Of a stretch of 64,000 nucleotides of DNA, positions 1 to 13,004 are shown in pieces. Both the position numbers and the translations under genes were made by a program. A model generated the notes under the pieces. That model ran no database searches, was not told where the DNA came from, and saw only the letters and a list, made by a program, of their open reading frames with translations. The DNA comes from the human T2T-CHM13v2.0 reference genome, Homo sapiens. Each line of letters begins with the position of its first letter. Positions within the stretch are counted from its first letter, which is position 1. The stretch lies in NCBI RefSeq assembly GCF_009914755.1, contig NC_060929.1; one strand, given 5' to 3'.

Positions 1-18
1 TTTCTGAGCGATGACACA

Positions 19-769
19 TGATATAGTTTGGATATCTGTCCCCTTCAAATCCCATGTTGAAATTTGATCACCAGTGTTGTAGGTGGGGCCTGGCAGCAGG
101 TGTTTGTATTGTATTTGTATTGTGGGATTGGATCCATAATGAATGGTTTGGTGCCATTCTAGAGAGAGTGAGTGAGTTCTCACTCTTAGTTCGCAGGAGA
201 ACTGCTTATTGAAAGAGCCTGGGCCAGGTGTGGTGGCTCACGCCTGTAATCCAAGCACTTTGGGAGGCCAAGGCAGGTGGATCACTTGAGATCACGAGTT
301 CGAGACCAGCCTGGCCTACATGGTGACGCCCCATCTCTACTAAAAAAAATACAAAAATTAGCTGGGCATGGTGGAGGGAGCCTGTAGTCCCAACTACTCA
401 GGAGGCTGAGTCAGGAGAATAGCTTGAACCTGGGAAGAGGAGATTGCAGTGAGCCAAGATCATGCCATTGCACTTCAGCATGGGCGACAGAGTGAGACTC
501 TGTCTCAAAAATAATAAAAATAAATAAATATTTTTTAAAAAGGAGTCTGACAGCTCCTCTTTCTATTGTTTCCTTCCTCTTGCCATGTGATGCCTGCTTT
601 CCTTTCCCTTCCACCGTGAGTGGAAGCTTCCTGAGGCCCTCACCAGAAACAGTTGCTGGTGCCACGCTTCTTGTGCAGCCTGCAGAACCATGAGCCAAAT
701 GGACTTCTTTTCCTTATAAATTACCCAGGCTCAGGCATTCCTTTATGGCAACACAAATGGAATAAGACA
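19..769 (+). mobile_element. MST-family (MaLR) solo LTR interrupted by an Alu
   Basis: Starts TGATATAGTTTGGATAT...CCCATGTTGAAATTTGAT and ends GCAACACAAATGGAATAAGACA. Flanks ACACA (14-18) and ACGCG (770-774) fit a 5-bp TSD differing only at CpG sites. Confidence 0.8.
222..531 (+). mobile_element. Alu inserted in the MST LTR
   Basis: GGCCAGGTGTGGTGGCTCACGCCTGTAATCC head, two arms, A-rich tail. Confidence 0.92.
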
Positions 770-1254
770 ACGCGGCTGGGAATGTAAGATAAGAGCAGTG
801 GGTCCACTACTCTGGGATCCTCTCACTTGGGAGTGATCTCATTCTGCACTGGCTGCCAAGACACCGAACTTGGATGCCATCTGTGGCAACACTGGGGAGC
901 TCCATCATTCACTCCACCTGTGGCTCCCCCAGGACTCTGGTAGGCTTCTACTAACTGCTGTGCCCCTTCTGAAGGATGCCTCCAACCTCCATTCCTGCCC
1001 TCTCATCCACCTACTTCCTATACACCCCTCAAGACCCACGTCCAGCAGTACTGTCTCAAGTGTTTCATCTCCTGGGCTCCTTGGGCCTTGTAAATCCCTC
1101 TATCACAGTGTTAACTGTGTTCAGTTACAATTGTCCATTTACAAGCATGTTCTGCAGGGGCTTATAGCTGGGAGAGATTCTGCCACAAATTCTGTGCTCC
1201 ACCAAGCCTCACACAGATCCAGGAACAACTTGAGTGGGCAGTGGATGTTTAGTG

Positions 1255-1436
1255 ACAGAAAGGGAAGAGAGACAAAGAAAAGAGAAAGGAGAGCATATGG
1301 AGGAAAAAGGCAGAAGAGAGGGGGGAAAGAGAAAGATAAGGTAGAAGAAGAAAGAGTGAATGAGAGACAGAGAAAGAAGGAGGAGGAAGGAAGAAAGCAA
1401 GGAGGAAGGAGGGAGGAGAGAAAAAAGAGGAATGAT
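1255..1436. repeat. GA-rich low-complexity polypurine tract
   Basis: Almost exclusively A/G on the + strand. Confidence 0.85.
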
Positions 1437-2039
1437 AAATCATAATTACAGGGAAGCTAAAATCTTTATACTCTACATCTGGATATTCTTGTGATTCCCC
1501 CACCATTATTCCCATTAGTCATCTTGAACTGGGGGTAGTCGGGGAGGGGATGCATCAGGGATAGAATGTTCAGGACACAGAGCCAGAGCTTCCATGTGCA
1601 GCTCTTCTGCTCTGGTGCTGGGTGGATTCTGTTGGTTTGCTGGTGACCTCCACATCACCCCCGGCACACAACTTCTCTCCCCTCTGAACCACTCATCTTC
1701 CTCTCTGGCCTGTGGAAAAACACCTTCTATTCCCTATAAGCCTCTCTACAAAGGGATTTCCTATCAGAGTTCTTTCCCCTGTGCTCTCTGTCCCAGAACA
1801 CCCAGGCCCTGGAGGGGAGAGGTGGTGCTGAATCCAGGAGCATCAGGAACAGTGTCACGCCAGACCTGGAGCCTCTGGGCCTGCCTCGCCTTCCCACTGG
1901 GCTCTACTGCTCACACTGGTCCCCCAGTAGATTCCCCCTGGTGAATTTCCTGAAAGGCCCCATGATCTCTCCCTCTAGTCCATCCCTCCTTAGGCTTCCA
2001 GGCAGTTGATCCCACAGATGTGGGATGTGGTGATTTGTG

Positions 2040-2335
2040 AGATTTTGGTTTTGGTGCACCCACCACCCAAGTAGTACACATTGAACCCAATCTGTAGACT
2101 CTTATCCCTCAACCCCCTTCGCACCCTTTCCCCCTGAGTCCCCAGAGTCTATTGTGTCATTCTTATGCCTTTACAGCCTCATAGCTTAGCTCCCAGTTAT
2201 GAGTGAGAACATACGACGTTTGGTTTTCCCTTCCTGAGTTACTTCACTTAGAATAATAGTCTCCAGTTCCATCCAGGATGCTGCAAATGCCATTAATTTA
2301 TTCCTTTTTATGGCTGAGTAGTATTCCATAATATA

Positions 2336-2377
<42 letters not shown>

Positions 2378-2757
2378 AGTTTATTTATTGATGGGCATTT
2401 GGGTTGGTTCCACATTTTTGCAATTGTGAATTGTGCTGCTATAAACATGTGTGTGCAAGTATCTTTTTCGTAGAATGACCTCTTTTCCTCTAGGTAGATA
2501 CCCAGTAGTGGGATTTCTGGATCAAATGGTAGTTCTACTTTTAGTTCTTTAAGGAATCTCCACACTGTCTTCCATACTGGCTGTACTAGTTTACATCCCC
2601 ACCAGCAGTGTAGAAATGTTCCCTGTTCACTCCATCCACACCAACACCTATTATTTTTTGATTTTTTGATGGTGGCCATCCTTGCAGGAGTAAGGTGGTA
2701 TTGCATTGTGGTTTTGATTTGCATTTCCCTGATCATTAGTGATGTTGAGCATTTTAA
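2040..2757 (-). mobile_element. L1 3' fragment (L1PB/L1MA-like) containing a (TA)n microsatellite at ~2330-2374
   Basis: ORF 2308..2784 translates to the L1 ORF2 C-terminus (IREMQIKTT...[12 protein letters not shown]...[14 protein letters not shown]), followed by L1 3' UTR. Confidence 0.88.
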
Positions 2758-3258
2758 AGAAAGCATGCATGAAAGGGGAAACATTTACATGACCCTAGTG
2801 ATGACCATTAGGTTTTATCGTGGTCAGCAGCTATGGGGTGTGTTGGGTTTTGAATTAGTGGGATGAGGAATGAGTGAATTATATCAGAGGCAACTACATG
2901 GGGACGGGAAGTTTTAACTAGGCCAAAGGTGAAAGGGTATGGCTGGGCTTCAGACAACTTATGCCAGACCCAAAAATAGATGCAGAGACAGCAACTATAC
3001 ACATTTATGGCATCTGGTGTTGGTATTTTCACAAATTGTGTTCAATTTATGAAAATTCACTGAGAGGTAAACATTTAGCTTATGCACTTTTCTGTCTTTT
3101 TTTTATGCTTCAGTAAAACATTTACAAAGCAGCTTCCTCTCCCACAATAGCTCCCCAAACCCCTGTTCCTCTTTTATATAAGCAGGCATAGTTACCAATT
3201 TCTTACTGATAACCAGATGGCCATTCTTTTTTCATGGCGATATAATATTTAATTATAG

Positions 3259-4490
<1,232 letters not shown>

Positions 4491-4806
4491 AAAAACCCCA
4501 CAAACTTCTACTTCAAGTCACTAGAATAAGAAGAACAAACTAAATCCAAAGCAAGCAGAAGAGGAAAAAATAACAAGCAGAAACCAATGAAATTAAAAAC
4601 AGAAAAGCAACAGAGAAAATCAATGACACAAAAAGCTGATTCTTTGAAAAGACTGATAAAATTGACAAACCTCTTACAAGACTGATACAGAAAAAAGAAG
4701 ACATAAATCACCAGTATCAGTAATGAAACGGGTGACATCAGTACAGACCCTGCCCACATCAGAAGGATCATAAGAGAATAATTCCACGGACAACTTTACA
4801 TACATA

Positions 4807-5303
4807 TGTGGGGGTGTGTGCTGCAGACCTCAACTCAACGACAGATGAATAATGTACACTGACACAGATATTCTGCTTGTCAGTCAGGCCGATTGTCCAG
4901 GCCCCCTACAGACTCCCAGGAGAGTGCTGTACATTTGCAACGTGGCCCCGACTCCCCGCCTCCTACTCGCTGGCCTTCTCGTCATTTACTTAGCACACAT
5001 TAAACACAGCAAAAGTCTCAAGTAAACACCATTAGAGGGTAATCAACCTGGTCGCCTTCCCCTGCCTCCCCCAGAGCGCCATCCTGCCCGCGAATGATTA
5101 AAGGTTACTTTTAGAACCACATGAGTAAACAAGCTATTTAGATAGACTCCTCTACATTCCTATGTTACTTACCCTTGCTATGGCTCAAAGAGGATTAGGC
5201 CGCTTTCAGCCAAACTATCTGAAGCTAAGCAAAAACCTTTTGGCCTTCCAAGTTTTGTGTTTTATTGTATAATTTTCCCCACCATCCTGACTGAACCTCT
5301 ACA
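4807..5303 (-). mobile_element. Solo ERV LTR, LTR22/HML-5-like, inserted in an old L1 fragment
   Basis: TG...CA termini and a perfect 6-bp TSD TACATA (4801-4806 / 5304-5309). The minus strand begins TGTAGAGGTTCAGTCAGGATGGTGGGGAAAATTATA, which resembles LTR22 from memory. L1 ORF2-like sequence lies on both sides. Confidence 0.72.
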
Positions 5304-5789
5304 TACATAAATGTAACAATTTAGGCAAAATAGATCAATTACTCAAAAAGCACACACTATCACAACTTACTAGTATGAAATAGATACTTTGAATAGCCCT
5401 ATAGCTATTAAGGAAATTTAATTCATAATTAAAACACTCCCCAAAAGGAAATTTCAAGGCCCAGATGATTACACTGGAGCATTCTACCACACTTTTGTTT
5501 TTTTTTTTGAGATGGAGTTTCACTCTTGTTGCCCAGGCTAGAATGCAAAGGTGCCTTCTCAGCTCACCAAACCTCTGCTTCCCAGGTTCAAGTAATTCTC
5601 CTGCCTCAGCCTCCCGAGGAGCTGGGATTACAGGCATGTGCCACCACACAGGCTAATTTTGTATTTTTAGTAGAAACAGGGTTTCTCCATGTTGGTGAGG
5701 CAGGTCTCGATCTCCTGACCTTGTGATCCTCCCGCCTCGGTCTCCCAAAGTGCTGGGATTACAAGCGTGAGCCACCGTGCCCGGCCAAA

Positions 5790-7900
5790 GTTGACTGTTT
5801 TTAACTGTACACTTCAGTGGGATTAAGTACATTATATTGCCATAGAACTCTCACCACCATCCATCTACAGAACTCTTTTTATCTTGGAAAACTGAAACTC
5901 TATACCTATTAAACAATAACTTCACTCTCCCTGTCCTCCAGTCCCTGGCAACCACCATTCTGCTTTCTGTCTCTGTGATTTTGACGACTCTAGTACCTCA
6001 TATACATGGAATTACCCAGTATTTATCATTTTATGTCTGGCTTAGTCCACTTAGCGTAATGTTTCTTCAAGATTCATCTATGTTGTAGCATGTGTCAGAA
6101 TTCCCATCCTTTCTAAGGCTGAAAGGATTTCCATTGTGTGGATGTACCATATTTTGCTTATCTATTCATCTACTGATGAAGAACTGGGTTGCTTCCATTT
6201 TTTTTTTTGCTTGTGAATAATGCTGCTGTGAACATATGTGTACAAATATCTCTTTGAGACCCTACTTTTAATTATTTTGAGGATATCTCTAGATATGGAC
6301 TTGCTGAATCATATGGTAATTCTATTTTTATTTATTTATTTTGAGACAGTGTCTTGCTTTGTCACCCAGGCTGGAGTGCAGTGGCATGATCACAGCTCAC
6401 TGTAGCCTTGACCTCCCAGGCTCAAGCAATCCTCTTGCCTCAGCCTCCTGAGTAGCTGGGACTACAGGCGCATGCCACCAGATCCAGTTAATTTTTGTAT
6501 TTTTTGTAGAGATGGGGTTTCGTCATGTTGCCCCGACTGGTCTCGAACTCCTGGGCTCAAGCAATCCTCCTGCTTCTGCCTCCCAAAGCGCTGGAATTAT
6601 AGGCGTAAGCCACCATGCCCAGCCTATTTTCACTTTTTTGAGGAATCATTATACGGTTTTCCACAGTGTCTGTACCATTTTACATTCCCACCAACAGTGC
6701 ACAAGGGTTCAATTTCCCCACATCCTTGCCAATGCTTGTAGTTTCTTTCTTTTCCTTTTTTTTTTTTCTAGTGGCCATCTTAATGGGTATATGACGTAGT
6801 ATCTCATTGTTCTTTATCTCATTGTGATTTGTGTTTCTCTAATGATTAGTGATGTTGAGTATCTTTTCATGTGCTCACTGGCCACTTGTTGATCACTGGA
6901 GAAATGTCTATTCAAGCCCTTTGTTGTGGTTTTTGAATGAGATTGTTCTTATTTTGTTGCTGAGTTTTAGGAGTCTCTGCATATTCTGGATATTAATCCT
7001 TTGTCAGATATATGATTTGCAAATATTTTCTTCCATTCTGTGGGTTGCCTCTTTACTCTGCTACAGAGTCTTTTGATGCACAAAATGTTTTAATTTTCAT
7101 AAAGTCCAATTTGTCTATTTTTTCTTTTGTTGCCTGTGCCTTTAGTGTCATATCCAGGAAGTCTGTTGCCAAATCCGATGTGGTAAACCCTTTGCCATAT
7201 GTTTTCTATGAGTTTTATGCTTTGGGATTTTAAAAGTTGTGGGTCTTTTTGGGTGAATTTTTATCTATGGTGTTAGAGAAGGAACCACCTTCACTTTTTT
7301 GCATGTGGATATCCAGTTTTCCCAGCACCATTTGTTAGAAAGACTGTCCCTCCTCCCCGCATTGAATGGGCTTGGTCTCCTTGTTAAAAATTATTTGACC
7401 ATATATGGGAGGGCATATCTTGGGGCTCTCTATTGTATTCCATTGGTCTATATGTCTGTCTATATGCCAGTACCACACTGTCTTGATGACTGAAGCTTGG
7501 AAGTAAGTTTTGAAATCAGGAAGTGTGAGTTCTTCAGCTTTATTCTTATTTTTCAGGATTGTTTTGGCTAATCGAAATCCCTTGAGAGTATATGAATTGT
7601 AGAATGAGTTTCTCTGTTTCTACAAAAAATGTCATTGGGATTTTGACAGGAATTGCATTAAATCTGTAGATTGCTTTGGATAGTATTGACATCTTAACTA
7701 TATTAAGTAAGGATGATTTTTTTTTAAATTACTGATTCAATCTCCTCACTAGTTATAGGTTTATTCAGATTATATTATCTATTCTGAGTCAGTTTTGCAT
7801 TTCTATGAATTTGTCCATTTCATCTACGTTATCCAATTTGTTGGCTTATATTTGCTCATAGTACTCTCTTATGATCCTTTCTATTTCTGTAGAATTGCTA
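5790..7900 (-). mobile_element. Old L1M (L1MB-like) 3'/ORF2 fragments with an inserted Alu (~6325-6624 -); another Alu (~5492-5786 -) lies just before
   Basis: CCCTGGCAACCACCATTCTGCTTTCTGTCTCT 3' UTR motif and degenerate antisense ORF2 sequence. Confidence 0.8.
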
Positions 7901-8493
7901 GTAACGAGCCATTGCAGTCGGGATCTGGCAGCAGAGGCTGTGTGTGTGTTTGTGTGTGTGTGTGATCGGAGAAATGCTTGAGAGGGTAACACCCGATTTA
8001 GGAGTGGACAGGGTATGAGGACAAAGAAGTGGTAATGGGAGACCTTGCCTTTTATTTCTTTTAATCTTTTTTGATAATACATTTGTGCATTATTTGGTCG
8101 TTCTCTTTAAATTCATTTTTAAAGGTAGAAGCAAATCAAGACTGGTAGATGCTGTGCCAAGGAAAGTCAGGGATCCTAGGTTCGAATCCTGTCTCTGTTC
8201 GCAATTCGCTCCGCAACCTCAAACAAACGACCTCAGTTTCATCTATGAAAAGCTGGTAACCATCGTCAGTTGCCAGGCCATGAAGAGAGTCAACGGAAAT
8301 AAGTTTTTATTCTAGGGCACCCGCTCTCTCTCAGGTAAAAGCCGCGCCCCAATCAGGTACTGCCGCGCCAGGGCCGCGGGACATCTCGGGATTTGTGGTC
8401 CACCCGGCGGAACTCGCGGTCCCGGCAGGCACCGCGGCGGCGGCAGGGCGACGTGGCGCGGCCGGCTGCGGCTGCGCAGGCAGGTGGAGCAAG

Positions 8494-8677
8494 ATGGCTG
8501 TGGAGCTGGGCGTGCTGCTCGTCCGGCCCCGGCCCGGAACCGGGCTGGGTAGAGTGATGCGGACCCTCCTGCTGGTGCTGTGGCTGGCGACGCGCGGAAG
8601 CGCGCTCTACTTTCACATCGGAGAGACGGAGAAGAAGTGCTTTATTGAGGAGATCCCGGACGAGACCATGGTCATAG
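8494..8677 (+). CDS. TMED9: TMED9 coding exon 1 (signal peptide, start of GOLD domain)
   Basis: AAGATGG start; [62 protein letters not shown]; donor G|GTGCGG; 184 nt. Confidence 0.97.
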
Positions 8678-8853
8678 GTGCGGGGGCGGGGAGGAAGGGG
8701 CGAGTTTGGAACGTGACCGTGGTCTTGGGGCGGGGGATGCGAGACAGTCAGCTCTCTAGAGCCGGGAGGAGACGGCCTCGCCGTGCCCAGGCGGTCGCGG
8801 AACCCATGCCACCTCGCGCTCCTCTGACCTGGGCTCGCCCTGCTTCCCTCAAG

Positions 8854-8954
8854 GAAACTACCGGACGCAGCTGTATGACAAGCAGCGGGAGGAGTACCAG
8901 CCGGCCACCCCGGGGCTTGGCATGTTTGTGGAGGTGAAGGACCCAGAGGACAAG
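8854..8954 (+). CDS. TMED9: TMED9 coding exon 2
   Basis: Acceptor CTCAAG|GA; [33 protein letters not shown]; donor |GTGAGC; 101 nt restores phase 0. Confidence 0.96.
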
Positions 8955-9301
8955 GTGAGCCAACCCCCCCCCTCCTCTCCGCCAGCCTCTCAGCTAGGCG
9001 GGCTCCGGTACTTCCTCTTCTAGTTCCTGCATCTGCTAAAGTGGGAGAGACAGTTGATGTTGTGGGAATATCCTGCTGACTTGCAGACCCCGCCCGGTCT
9101 GTGAAATGGGCGGATTAATTGTGGTGATAAAAATCAAAGAGTTTTGTCAACTCTTAAAGTCATCTAGACTTTAAGATTTCACAGAACATGATACTTTCCC
9201 CACAAAATGAGCAGCTTTTAATCTTCCCAAGTAAGGATATTAAAACGAACGGCAAAACCCTTCAGCTCTCACCTTCTGTCACTTTTCGTTAAAAAACTCA
9301 T

Positions 9302-9620
9302 GGCGGGGTATGGTGGCTCTTGCCTGTAATCCCAGCACTTTGGGATGCCGAGGCGGGTGGATCACTTGAGGCCGGGAGTTCAGGACCGGCCTGGGCAACC
9401 TCCGTCTGGCAAACCCCGTCTCTAGTAAAAATACAAAAAAAAAAAAAAAAAAAATGAGCCGGGTGTGGTGGCGCACACCTCTAATACCAGATACTTGGGA
9501 GGCTAAGGCACGATAATTGCTTGAACCTGGGAAGCTGAGGCTGCAGTGAGCTGAGATAGCATCACTGCACTCCAGCCAGGACGACAGAGTGAGACTCTGT
9601 CTCAAAAACAAAAACAAAAA
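9302..9620 (+). mobile_element. Alu in TMED9 intron 2
   Basis: Alu consensus with a long middle A-tract. Confidence 0.9.
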
Positions 9621-9927
9621 AGAACCCCCCAAAAAACAACTCACACCAAAAAAGTTGAAAGGGCATAAGCTATAAAGGAAAGCCCTTCCCAAGAGCAGTC
9701 AGTCACTTGCCACCCTAATGTCAGACTCTCAGAGTCTAAACACCTGCCCCAGAGAGTTCTCACACAAGCATATGGCAACAGCTGCTGAGCAGCTTTGAAT
9801 CTTTCAGTGTTGTGAGGTGCGAAAGGCTGTGCCTGTCAACTTTTGCAGTACTTAGAGCCTTAAGCACTGTTTTCCTCCATTCCCATCCCTACCATAATAC
9901 TGACTGAAGCTTGTTACCTTCCTCCAG

Positions 9928-10053
9928 GTCATCCTGGCCCGGCAGTATGGCTCCGAGGGCAGGTTCACTTTCACTTCCCATACCCCTGGTGAGCACCAGA
10001 TCTGTCTTCACTCCAATTCCACCAAGTTCTCCCTCTTTGCTGGAGGCATGCTG
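9928..10053 (+). CDS. TMED9: TMED9 coding exon 3
   Basis: CTCCAG|GTC; [42 protein letters not shown] (second GOLD cysteine, NST sequon); |GTAAGT; 126 nt. Confidence 0.96.
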
Positions 10054-10416
10054 GTAAGTGGGCCCATGTGAGACTTGCAGGTTTCAGCCTTCATCCTTTG
10101 GTGAGGACTGGGGGACTGGTGGTGCTGTGGGTGTGAGAGGATTATGTCAGATTTTGTGTCTCCTAAGAACACTGGGTTTCCACTGGATGTCCAGGACACA
10201 GTGACTGAGCTCTTTGTACATGCCTCACTCAGAGCACCAGCCCAGGCTTAATACTTGCTTGTGTGCCCAGAGCCTCATGGGGCTAAGACACTGAAGAGGG
10301 CCCAGTCTGTTGGCTAAATGAACAGATGAAGGAAAGTCGGGGATGAGCTGTCAGTCTCTGGCAGGAAGATGGAGCAGGGCTACCAGATTTCCCTTATCTC
10401 CTTTGTCTGTCCTCAG

Positions 10417-10563
10417 AGAGTTCACCTGGACATCCAGGTAGGTGAACATGCCAATGACTATGCAGAAATTGCTGCTAAAGACAAGTTGAGTGAGTTGCAG
10501 CTACGAGTGCGACAGCTGGTGGAACAAGTGGAGCAGATCCAGAAAGAGCAGAACTACCAGCGG
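10417..10563 (+). CDS. TMED9: TMED9 coding exon 4 (coiled coil)
   Basis: CCTCAG|AGA; [49 protein letters not shown]; |GTGAGT; 147 nt. Confidence 0.96.
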
Positions 10564-11544
10564 GTGAGTGACTGGGCCGGGAGCAGTGGGCTTCTCCCTA
10601 GAAGCTGCCCACTGGCTCAGCCAGGAATTTCACATTAAATTCATTCTGAGACCCCCAAGGGACTTACCTGCACTGCATTGTAGGTCGTGGGGCGGGTATT
10701 ACTAACTCGACCTTGTAATTGAGGATACAGACTCGTAAGAGGCTGTCATTGCCCTAAATCACAGTTACACACAGAATGGCACAGTAGCATTTGATACCAA
10801 CACCTTGGGTGCTGTTTCAGTGGGTCCACATGCTCCCAGGACCAGGGTCTCAAACTTACCGGTGACCAGGAACCAGAGATTACCATAAGTGAATCTGTGA
10901 CCTTAAGGACTAGTAGGGCAGTGACCCATCTAAACAAGCACAGCCACTGTTCAGTGTCACCTGGGGGCTTCCTTGCAGAAATACCAGCCCTGGCTTTACA
11001 GATGTTCCATTTTTTCAAGAGGAAATAGGATTTTTATGCGAACATTTTAATTTATTTTTTATTTTTTTCTATTGCTGCTGCACAAATTACCTGTGTTTTA
11101 AATGTTGACAAAAGACTGTGCACTGTGTGAGGCCAACAAAACATACCTAAAGGCCAGATCCAGCCCCCAGCCTGCCAGTTTACAGCCTGTGCCCACCATC
11201 TTCAAGGAGCAGTGTGGGAGACCTAGGCAGAGGGCTTAGAGCAAGTCCACTCCTGTGTGCTCCAGGACAGCTCTGCCTCGTGGGGTGATACCACAACTAC
11301 CTTACCTCTCTCCCAGGCACCAGGGCAGGACTAGGTGAGGGCTATGCCTGACAGATGAAGAAACAGACTTGGGAGAATGAGTAGGTTGCCTGAGGGTAAA
11401 GATAGTCCCCAGGTAGAGTGACACTTTGCAGGCACTTGGCTGGAACCTGGGCAAAGCTGGCTGACCTTGGGCATCCTCTTGGTCTGGGAATCAGCAGTTC
11501 TAGCAGCCCCAGCCAACTCAGGCTCACCTTATATTCCCCTGCAG

Positions 11545-11694
11545 TGGCGAGAGGAGCGCTTCCGGCAGACCAGTGAGAGCACCAACCAGCGGGTGCTGTG
11601 GTGGTCCATTCTGCAGACCCTCATCCTCGTGGCCATCGGTGTCTGGCAGATGCGGCACCTCAAGAGCTTCTTTGAAGCCAAGAAGCTTGTGTAG
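11545..11694 (+). CDS. TMED9: TMED9 coding exon 5 (TM helix, FF and KKXX cytosolic sorting motifs)
   Basis: CTGCAG|TGG; [52 protein letters not shown]. Exons sum to 708 nt = 235 aa + stop. Confidence 0.97.
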   Translation, partial: WREERFRQTSESTNQRVLWWSILQTLILVAIGVWQMRHLKSFFEAKKLV

Positions 11695-11804
11695 CTGTCC
11701 CAGGCGTCACAACCCATCCTCCCAGGCTGGGGGAGAAAGGACCTCCTGGAACTGACTTCTTCTGTCAGGAGGACTGGTTTCCAGCCATACCTGTTCTGGA
11801 AGGG

Positions 11805-12030
11805 AGAGGGGCTGGAGGCACCCACAGGCACAAGCTGAAGGCAGCAGCTTGGCTAATACTGAGCAGGTAGTGGGGCAAATTCCTGCCCTCTCTCTCTGGC
11901 CTCTGGGCCGTTTGGTAGTAATCACCCAGGGGCTGGTAAAGCCCCTCCTCTTGGCACCTCAGAATCACAGTGTTACTGATCAGGGATGTGAGGCTGCTGT
12001 TGGGGGTGGGGGGAGGGGAATGGGCAGGCA
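11805..12030 (+). repeat. Direct duplication, copy 1 (within the TMED9 3' UTR)
   Basis: AGAGGGGCTGGAGGCACCCACAGGCACAAGCTGAAGGCAGCAGCTTGGCT...GGCACCTCAGAATCACAGTGTTA...ATGGGCAGGCA aligns by eye to 13005-13241. Confidence 0.93.
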
Positions 12031-12340
12031 AGCCAGTCTTCTGTCTTCCTTTGCTAACTTAGGGTTTTGAGCAGGTTGGGGTATGGTGCCTGTCATACCC
12101 ACCTGCCACCCTGGGAACCTCACTGTTCTCTCTTTCAGCCTAGACCTGCTGATCCAGGGTGTGTGTGAGTTGAGGGTGGGTGGAGGGGTTTGCAGTGTGG
12201 GAATGTGGCCCTGCAGTTGACCTGAGCTGCTTCACATGGTTGTCCATTCTGGGGCTTAAAGAACTGGGACCAGACCAAGTAGAGGCCTTGGTGCTGGTTG
12301 GGGTGGGGCCTGCAGAGTCTTAGTTACTGATTTCATTTTC

Positions 12341-12346
12341 AATAAA
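12341..12346 (+). terminator. Polyadenylation signal AATAAA for TMED9 (second hexamer ATTAAA at 12373-12378)
   Basis: Canonical hexamer ~650 nt after the stop, with U-rich upstream sequence. A genomic A-run follows at ~12376-12386. Confidence 0.75.
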
Positions 12347-13004
12347 TGTAGGTTTGTTACATGAGTTTCCCAATTAAAAAAAAAATGACTTCTTGTCCAG
12401 TGCAAGTGACTCAGTCATCAGTGGGCACACACTGCAGGGTGCCTCAGGGAATGCCAGTTCTTCCAAAGAGCAAAGCACTTCACATTCCAAAGTGAATTCC
12501 CACCAGTCAGCTTCATTCTTTCCTTCTTCTCCAGGCCTTCCTGTGGCAGGGAATAGTGGGTTTGTCCAAGATTATACAACAAGTAAATTGGGCTGGGGCT
12601 CAAATTTACACCCTTTCCTCTGTGCCAGCTCCCTGGTGAAGTTCCCTCTTTCTAGAGTCAGTAAGCAGGATTGTCATGGATGCTGCCAGGAAGTGCCTGG
12701 TAAGGAGGTGCATTGAGCAGGGGAGTGCTACAGGACAGCCACCCTGGGCTGGCAGGGACAAGGATGTTGATGGGCTAAACCAACAGCAAGTGATTTCAAC
12801 CAGGACCATGAAGGAGAGGAAGGATTCTGCTGGAAGGAGATGGCAGGACAGGGGTGGTTGGAGAAGTGGAGGCAAACAGCTGGAATGGAGGTGGGTGGGT
12901 GTTTAATTTCAGCTGCAGAGGGTGTTGTGAGGAAGCTGGAAAGGAAGGTTGGATTAGAGAAGCCTCGAGCTCCAGGTAAGCGATTTGGACATGCCCACCT
13001 TTCA

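Larger units (their letters stand above)
8320..9010. promoter_or_regulatory. CpG island / promoter of TMED9
   Basis: Dense CpG and high GC over the region upstream of the ATG and exons 1-2. Confidence 0.88.

Noticed and set aside
870-1445. 191-aa ORF with a charged C-terminus
   Set aside because: Non-ATG start; the tail is a translation of the GA-rich low-complexity tract; no recognisable domain.
12376-12386. A-run after the TMED9 UTR as evidence of a retrocopy
   Set aside because: TMED9 here has four introns; this is a short genomic A-tract (possible oligo-dT priming artefact).
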